Shown piece after piece: positions 26,601-33,560 of a stretch of 64,000 nt of DNA. Under the pieces are notes generated by a model. It was not told where the DNA came from. It worked only from the letters and a program-made list of their open reading frames with translations, and made no database searches. The DNA comes from Ruditapes philippinarum (lineage: Eukaryota). The position numbers and the translations under genes were made by a program. Numbering within the stretch: position 1 is the first letter of the stretch; each line of letters opens with the position of its first letter. The stretch lies in assembly GCF_026571515.1 (NCBI RefSeq), contig NW_026853862.1:1-64000 (forward strand), in the 5' to 3' direction.

Positions 26601-27589
26601 TTATAAATTTAAACGGTTCATTTTTTTGCAATCTTTCATATGTTTTTCTAAAGCTTTTTCAGTAGTATATGAAGCAGTAATACAATTTCTACAATGATAT
26701 CTTTTATTATGATTATGATAAGATAAGCATTAAAATCTTTAATTAAGCAATAATGTTTTTTGTCATTTAGAGTGACATGTAATAAATCTATAACATATTT
26801 TCTATCTTTAAATTTACTTATGTACATTGGATAAATATCACGTAAATTTTTTTCTTGTTGTGGTTTTTTAAAATCTTTATTTTCAGGATCTAAAAGTTCC
26901 TTTTCAATTCCGAATACATTAATAGCTACATTTTCATTTTGTTTTTCAAATGTTCCAATTGAATCTATACTTACTGGGAATTTAATATTTTCCATATTAA
27001 TATGATCTAGAAAAGGTTTATAAATTGATACTCTTGCTGGGTTTTTATTCATTTTTTTAAATATATCTGAATATTTTTTTTATCTTCAGGTTTCTCTTTT
27101 AATTTATATAGCATTCCAGCAATTACACTATAAGCAAAACAGTGATTATCATTGTTTTGAATATTTAATAAACTATTGAATTTTATTCCTAGATCAAAAT
27201 AAGAAGATCCATTTAGACTTCTTACTCTTACAACTTTAACTTCCGTATTTTCTATTTCATTAAATATTAATCCAGATTCTTTTCCCTGATGTTCTTCTTC
27301 CCATACTTTATACTTTTCAATAATAGAATTATATACTTCATTAAATTCATTTTGAGCATATGAAGTTTTATAAATCCGCTATTATAATGTCTCTCTATTT
27401 TTTCATCCATTGCTATAGGCTTTGAATAAATAGTTTTATTATTAGATTAAATTTAACATTAGGAAATGATGAAACTAATCTTTTAATATCTGGTTTAATA
27501 TTTCTAAAATAATTATTTATATTAATACCACTTTTATTAATAACTTCCTTAACATAGTTTTTATTGCTACCGGATTTTTTGAATCCCAT
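23663..27589 (-). pseudogene. Protein-primed family B DNA polymerase (pPolB), frameshifted as assembled
   Basis: Motifs in order: ExoI GYADFEA; EndoVII-like Zn motif CYMC...EHDHLSGEFRGISCSSCN; ExoII FHNGSGYDFHFL; KGIFPYDYFDS; ExoIII YQKLDVLILADVFENFR; GTRGG; YTDANNLYG; KLINNSFYGKTLEN; disrupted YxDTDS near 24140-24160; C-terminal LSTFDDKRY...TLPYGY. Confidence 0.93.
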
Positions 27590-27614
27590 TTTATTAGAAA
27601 ACAATTTGAATAAG

Positions 27615-27833
27615 CTATAATTTTTTATCGTGATAATAATTAGGATTTCTTGTCATAAATTCTTGAAAAGCCTGTTTATATTTTTCTTTGTTTTTTTGAT
27701 AATGTTTTTGTTTCATAGGTTTATTACATTGTATACATGCAGATTTAACTCCCATCGCAAAACCTTTTGCTTTATGATATTCGCTTAGTAATTTGTATTC
27801 ATTACATTTTGTACAGATTTTTCCTTCTGTCAT
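27615..27833 (-). CDS. Small Zn-binding protein (CxxC...CxxC, basic tail), 72 aa
   Basis: MTEGKICTKCNEYKLLSEYHK...SACIQCNK...; intact ORF with TAAAAAATG start, divergent from the integrase. Confidence 0.7.
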   Translation of the reverse strand: MTEGKICTKCNEYKLLSEYHKAKGFAMGVKSACIQCNKPMKQKHYQKNKEKYKQAFQEFMTRNPNYYHDKKL

Positions 27834-27849
27834 TTTTTATGTTTTAAAA

Positions 27850-28801
27850 ATGGAGCATCCGAAAATATATTGTTTACGTTGTAAAAAACATACCGATAAT
27901 GATTCAGTAGAGCAAGTAACAACAACTAATAATAGACAAATGCTAAAAGCTAAATGTTCTGAATGCGGATCTAAAAAAAGTAGATTTATAGCTGGTTTAA
28001 CAAATAAATTAGCAGATGAATTACATCATAGAGTTATAAAAAAAATTCCTAAAAGACGCATTTATGTTCATTCAGTAGATCAGACATGGGCAGTTGATTT
28101 GGCAGATGTGCAACAATATTCGAAACAAAATAAACACTATAAATATTTATTAGCAGTTATAGATGTTTTTAGTAAATACGGTTGGCTAATTCCCTTAAAA
28201 AATAAAACAGGAGTAACGGTAAGTGAAGCATTTAAAACATTATTTGAAGAAAGAAAACCAATGTATATTTGGTCAGATAAAGGTTCTGAATTTTATAACC
28301 GGCAAGTAAAAGAATTGTTAAAAGAGAATAACATAAAGTTATATTCAACTGAGAATGAAGAAAAATCTAGTGTAGTAGAACGCTGGATAGGAACAATGAA
28401 ACAACGTATGTTTAAATATTTTACTGCTCACGAAACTAATAAATATTATGATGTATTAGATGATTTAGTTAAAGATTATAACAATACAGTTCATTCTTCT
28501 ATTAAAATGACACCTGTTGAAGCAATTAAAAAAGAGAATGAATCAACAGTGTATGAACATTTATATCCGGAAAAAGAAGAAGTAATTAAAAAACCTAAAT
28601 TCAAAGTTGGAGATAGAGTAAGAATTGCAAAAATGAAAGGTAAATTTGAAAAAGGTTATACAAACCCGTTGGAGAAGAGAAATATTTGTAATTGATGAAG
28701 TTTTAAATACAGATCCTGTTACTTATAAAATAAAAGATTTAAAAGATGAAGAAATTAAAGGAAGTTTTTATGAACAAGAATTACAGAATACTGATTTTTA
28801 G
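27850..28801 (+). CDS. Retroviral-type (rve) DDE integrase with N-terminal Zn ribbon; one frameshift near 28665
   Basis: MEHPKIYCLRCKK...AKCSECG Zn ribbon; catalytic WAVDLAD, WSDKGSEF and ENEEKSSVVER; YNNTVHSSIKMTP; PKFKVGDRVRI. The C-terminus continues in another frame as EIFVIDEVLNTDPVTYKIKDLKDEEIKGSFYEQELQNTDF* (TAG 28799-28801). Confidence 0.92.
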
Positions 28802-28810
28802 AATATAAAA

Positions 28811-30201
28811 ATGAGTATCTTTGGAATCAAAAAACATAAAAGAAACAACTCTGAACTTGGTAATAAAATGAATATACCATTAGATATGAGCGGTAACTCT
28901 ATAATTAATTTAGGAAATCCAGAAAAACCAAGTGATGCTGTTAGCAAAAGATTTGTTTTTAGGAAAATTAAAAGTGTAATAGACGACTATGAATTGGAAG
29001 ATATAAAAAACATTAAAGACTTACTTCAAACAGAAAAGTCAGACATTGATCAACTTTCTGAAAGTATTAAAAATAATGAAGAAGCAATAATCACACTGCA
29101 CGGTCAACTCCAGAAAGAAATGGCAATCTTATCAGAATCACTTAGTAAAACAGATGATGAAATAAAAGTTGCATTAAGGCAAAACATTCTTTTAATCGCA
29201 AACCGAATTGATAACATAAAGAATAGCATGATTAAACACAACGAACTTAAGAACAAATTTGCTGAAGCTGAGAAAAAGCTACAAAATATGTATAAGTTAG
29301 AAATAAAAGAAGAAATAAAAACGTTAAAAGATGACTCAACGGAATTGTTTAATACATTTTCTGAAAAGTTTGATGAATTCAAAGCACAACTAGAACAATC
29401 TGCTTCACAAAGAAACGATGCTCAAGATGGAGAAATTAATAATTTAAAAGTTAAATTAAATCAAATGAAAGATTTGCTTACTAATAATCTGCAGAAAGAA
29501 ATTACCAGACTTGATGTGGATGTTAAGAAAAATGCAGATGATACTAGAGATGCAGTTAACAAAATAGATACAAAAATAGAAAGTCTCGAAGAGGTTCAAA
29601 CAAAACGTGTTAATGATTTAGGTAAAACAATACTTGATACAGTCTCAGACCTTTCAGAGGCGAAAAGGGCGATTTCTGATATTATTAACAACAAAATATA
29701 TCATGTTCCTTTATTACATATGCGGAATGATTCTACTCTAGAAGTTAAAGTTTTACCTACTACTTACGAAATCGGTAAAAATAATCGTTATATTAAAACT
29801 CATAATCTATTTAAGTTTTTTAATTATCATTATTCACCTGTTGTAAATTATAATGATTATATAGAAGAGGAACTTGATATGAATATAGGTGACTTTAGAA
29901 ACGTGAGTGGTTTTACAACTAAAAAAGATGGAACATACTACATTAATATAAAACTTATAATAAAGGGTAAAAGCGACTTTTTATTGATATGGCAGGAAAA
30001 TTACAGATCTGAAAACGAAGACAGGACTCATGAAGTACTTTTAAAAAGATCAACAGTACTGATGAAAAATTTTTTGAAGACGTTATAAAGCAACAGTTTT
30101 TAAAGAATACATCAATTGCAATTATTCCAGTCTCGGTTACTGACCAATTATTTACTATTGAAAAAGGCAGCTACATTAGATTTACATATTCTTGGGAATA
30201 A
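28811..30201 (+). CDS. Putative fibre/receptor-binding protein (neck motif, long coiled coil, beta-rich head); ORF 28811-30088 plus frameshifted tail to 30201
   Basis: N-terminal LDMSGNSIINLGNPEKPSDAVSKRFV fibre-neck-like motif, ~240 aa of heptad coiled coil and a C-terminal GFTTKKDGTYYINIKL. The alternative frame continues KINSTDEKFFEDVIKQ...GSYIRFTYSWE*. Confidence 0.7.
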
Positions 30202-30228
30202 ATTATATTCAAAAAATTACCTTTAAAA

Positions 30229-30872
30229 ATGAAGACACCAACAGCTCCGGATCCTTTATATCCAGAATTACCAGTAGAAGATGGACAAAATTATAGATTA
30301 CAGAAGATATCAGAAATAGAAAAAAAATTAATTAATGAGAGGGATACTCGTAAATCATTATACAAGAAATATAAACGCGGAATTAATATAACTGACGGTG
30401 TTGATACTGGTTTAATATCAACATCCGTTATTTTAGCCGGTACTAGCTTAGCTATTCCTTTTATGTTACCTTTAGGAATTGCAGCCGCTGTATGCGGAAG
30501 TTTAGGAGTATGTGTTAAATTTATTAGACGTAAATTACAATCAAAAACAAAAAAAAACATTATGAGATTAAAACTATTGCTGATAGTAAATTAAATAGTA
30601 TAAAAGATTTGACTTCAAAAGCTTTAACAGACGGACAAATATCTGAAAATGAATTTAAATTGATTTTAGATGAATTAGATAAATATAATAAATTGAAAGA
30701 TAGCATACATTCAAAACAAACAGGATTGAGTGAGACAGAAAGAAAAAAGTTAATAGAAAAGGGAAAAGCACAGGCTTTAAACGAGTTAAAAAAAAAAGGT
30801 AAATGTATAATTTTATTCACTAAAGTTACAATAGTAAATGATCCTCCACCTATTTATTCAAGCATAAACTAA
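30229..30872 (+). CDS. Polinton membrane protein with central hydrophobic hairpin and ESCRT late-domain-like motifs; one frameshift in the A-run near 30550
   Basis: ORFs 30229-30594 and 30609-30872 join across an A10 run: MKTPTAPDPLYPELP...YRLQKISE...LYKKYKR...(hydrophobic)...KHYEIKTIADSKLNSIKDLTSKALTDGQISENEFKLILDE...NDPPPIYSSIN*. Confidence 0.75.
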
Positions 30873-30893
30873 TATTTTAATTCCTTGTACAAT

Positions 30894-30907
30894 AAAAAAC
30901 TGCAAAA
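30894..30907 (-). terminator. Putative Pol III oligo-T terminator of the structured RNA
   Basis: Minus strand TTTTGCAGTTTTTT (T4 at 30907-30904, T6 at 30899-30894) immediately after the terminal stem. It overlaps a plus-strand AATAAA (30891-30896) of the convergent gene. Confidence 0.6.
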
Positions 30908-31276
30908 TCCTTCAACCGCCTAATCCTTTAGCCTTAGGACTGAGTTATTCTTTATTTGTGTGCACCCTAGCCCTAAGACTTGTTGGTTTCGGCACTTTTC
31001 TTAAGCTATTCACCTGGAAGCTATCCTGCTCGGGTTATTACTTCGCTTGTTAGGTCACCTTTAACCCCGTTTGATAACCTCTCGAAACCTAAACCAGAGA
31101 TCATCAGAGGTAAGGCAACCATTCTGTAAATCCATACTTGGTAAAGAATTCTTTTCAGTGCACACAAACCCAAGTATGAATATACAGGTAGCGAACTTTT
31201 CCGAACACTATCTTCCCTAGCAGCGAATAGAGTCATACACAGTGCCTACACCCAGACTAGAACGGCATTCAGACAT
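30900..31276 (-). ncRNA. Candidate ~375-nt highly structured Polinton-encoded ncRNA (probable Pol III transcript)
   Basis: Nested helices found by eye: 31266-31254/30926-30915, 31246-31241/30996-30991, 31230-31222/31014-31006, 31216-31209/31023-31016, 31207-31201/31033-31027, 31195-31190/31047-31042. Hairpins: 31187-31170/31141-31124, 31120-31113/31060-31053 with 31106-31096/31082-31072, and 30980-30969/30941-30930. About 15 G.U pairs, valid only on the minus strand; GC content is above the flanks. Confidence 0.75.
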
Positions 31277-31294
31277 TAATGTAATATGAAATCT

Positions 31295-31310
31295 ACCTAT
31301 ATATATAGGT
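31295..31310 (-). promoter_or_regulatory. Palindromic TATA element (ACCTATATATATAGGT) about 25-30 nt upstream of the structured RNA
   Basis: Perfect 16-bp palindrome containing TATATATATA (31298-31307), at U6-like spacing from the first paired nucleotides. Confidence 0.55.
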
Positions 31311-31732
31311 GTATTTTTCTTCCGACAAATTGACTGGTTTTAAAATTGCATAATTTACAATATATTTCTCGTTCATACCAAGATGTTATTTAGACATGAT
31401 AATAAAACATAAAATTTAAATATATATTTATATGTATATGTGTATATGTGAATTTTACATTGTTTTAATTTGTTAAAGGGAGGTAATGTTATCGGAAAAC
31501 AGTATTAAAAATAGATATTATGTTTAAGTTATCAGACCATAAAGTTAACCACAAAGAGCAGTCAGTCGTTTCAATGTGTTTACATAAAGTACATTAATAA
31601 ACCACAGGCATTTATAAATTTAAATGTAGTATTTTAAGTGCATAGATTTAAACGTTAGTGAATTTTCGTTTTATAAAATTTTAATGTTTTCAAGGGATCC
31701 CTCTAGAGGTTAATTTTTTTTTATTTTTTATG

Positions 31733-31895
31733 GGTCGATGGTTCGAGTCCCGCCGGGGATAAAATTTTTTTTTAGGGCGGGTACTATAATCATGATTTAA
31801 GCATTTCTGTACTTTTCAATTTGGGGGTATAACGGGATGATATTTTTTTTTTTTTTTTTTTAGGGTGGGGGAGAAGCGTAATAACCTATATTACT
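31733..31895 (-). repeat. Polinton right terminal inverted repeat
   Basis: Reverse complement of 15997-16158, ending ...CCTATATTACT and followed by the TSD AGTAAA. Confidence 0.93.
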
Positions 31896-32894
31896 AGTAA
31901 AGTCAAAAGATACAAATGAATCAGACAGTTGTGAAACAAGTGGTAAAACTGAAGATGATATGGATGACAAAGGCTGTGATAATACAAAAAGTGATATGAT
32001 TTGAGATGGTGTTGACACCAGTAAAGGAGAAGTTGATAATGATGGGAAAAATATATCAATGTGAAACCAAAAAAAAAAAAAAAACAACAGAAAATGTGGT
32101 AGAGTTCACAGATACGGAAATTAGTCTGCATCATGTGAAAGGAGATAAGTAAGTTTTATTTTCTGATCATTTTACCTCATATATATGCGATTCAACGCAT
32201 TTTTGACCCTCCCCCTTTGTTTAAAAAAGTGATCTTTTTTTTCCTTCATCGCCAAAGAAATTTTGGACTTGTTAGAGGCTAAAAATGGCCTTAGGTCAAT
32301 CGTAAGGTAACGAGCAACCAACACTGAAAAGCCTTTGACTTAATCTCAATCCATTGAAAAGTGGCAGCACTCTGAAATCAGTTTTGATGGGAAAGATAAG
32401 CGCAAAATAATGATTTTTGGCAATTTTGAGATGCCCCTTCATGGCAATGGTAACCCTTCGTTACCCTTACAAAGGCTATGGTCCAGTTAACATTTGTGCC
32501 ATGTTTGGTCAGCATTAAATCATTTTTCACAGTTTCATAGCAATTTGAACTTGTAACAGGAGGCTTTTCAATGAAAACAGCCATTTTTCACAAAATGATT
32601 ATGAAGTTATGGGTTTACGACATTTTGTTAACCTCTTTTGGATGTAGTTGATTATATTTTATCCAATTAAGATATGCACAGATCTGTTAAACGTTTCTGC
32701 TATTATGAGTTTGTTCAAAGACCACAAACCTTCAAGAAAATTTAAGAAGATTGGTACCAAGCTTGGTTTTGAGTTATCCTGATCCAGTTCAGCAGTGATA
32801 TTTTATTTAAGTTCTAACTTATTTCAACTAAGCTTTTTTATGAGGAAGATATATTAATTAAAAAAAATGCACTTAGAAGTAATAATGATTAAGA

Positions 32895-33062
32895 GTCTCT
32901 GTGGCTGAGCAATCAAGTTAGTCAACTTTAAGTCACTTGCCCCTCACTACTGTGGGTTTAAATTCCATTATACGAGGAAGCTATCTAGGTAGCCTGCAAA
33001 AGGTTGGTTGTTTTACTCAGGTGCCCACTTGTGTTGTATTGTGTGACATAAAATCCAACAAA
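32895..33062 (+). mobile_element. Degenerate tRNA-derived SINE
   Basis: GTGGCTGAGC...CACTTGCCCCTCAC...GAGGAAGCTATC...TACTCAGGTGCCC, same family as 39443. Confidence 0.55.
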
Positions 33063-33182
33063 ACATAGCCTTGCCAACCTAAAAAGGTAAGAAGGAAAGG
33101 AACATAAGAAGGAAAAGGTCCATGCACAGATTTAGAAGGATTAATGACATGCAGTCTAATCATTATGAAAACTTCTATTTCT

Positions 33183-33560
33183 TATTATGCCCCCCTTCCA
33201 AGAAGAGTGAGTATATTGTTTTGCACATGTTGGTCTATCCGTCTGTCAGACCACATGGTTTCCGCTAATTATCTTGAGAACTATTGATAATAAAGTCTTC
33301 ATATTTCACATATTGATTGGTCATAACTAATTGATGATCCTTATTGTTTTTGGGGTCAAAGGTCAAGGTCACAGGAGCCTTAAATGTCAGAATGGTTTCC
33401 GCTCAATATCTTGAAAACTATCACAAAAGTCTATTTTACTTTTTTCCATAACTGAACACTTCCATGTTCCAATTTATGGCAAGTTTCTATAACAAAATAA
33501 CCAATCATGTGAGTCAAGGGCTAGAAAGGGGGGCATATGTGTTGTTCGACATTTCTTGTT
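33183..33560 (+). mobile_element. HINE/pearl-type non-autonomous element
   Basis: TTATGCCCCCC start, GTCTATCCGTCTGTC microsatellite, GGTCAAAGGTCAAGGTCAC core and GGGGGGCATA...TCTTGTT end. Confidence 0.6.

Larger units (their letters stand above)
15997..31895. mobile_element. Polinton/Maverick (adintovirus-like endogenous virus), full length, 15,899 bp
   Basis: Termini 5'-AGTAATATAGG...CCTATATTACT-3', ~160-bp TIRs and a perfect 6-bp TSD AGTAAA (15991-15996 and 31896-31901). Encodes pPolB, a retroviral-type integrase, an A32-like ATPase and major and minor capsid-like genes. Confidence 0.96.

Noticed and set aside
30986-31107. Hammerhead-like CUGAUGA (31107-31101) and GAAAC (30990-30986) on the minus strand
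   Set aside because: The segments between them do not form stem II adjacent to both motifs, and CUGAUGA is sequestered in an 11-bp helix.
31040-31215. RNase P/MRP-like GGAAAAGUUCG motif
   Set aside because: I could not find the matching 3' conserved region (P4 partner near the 3' end). An Rfam search is needed, so it is not called.
31021-31236. 71-aa minus-strand ORF inside the structured region
   Set aside because: No TAAAAATG start, codon usage unlike the element's genes and no recognisable motif. The extensive pairing is better explained by RNA structure.
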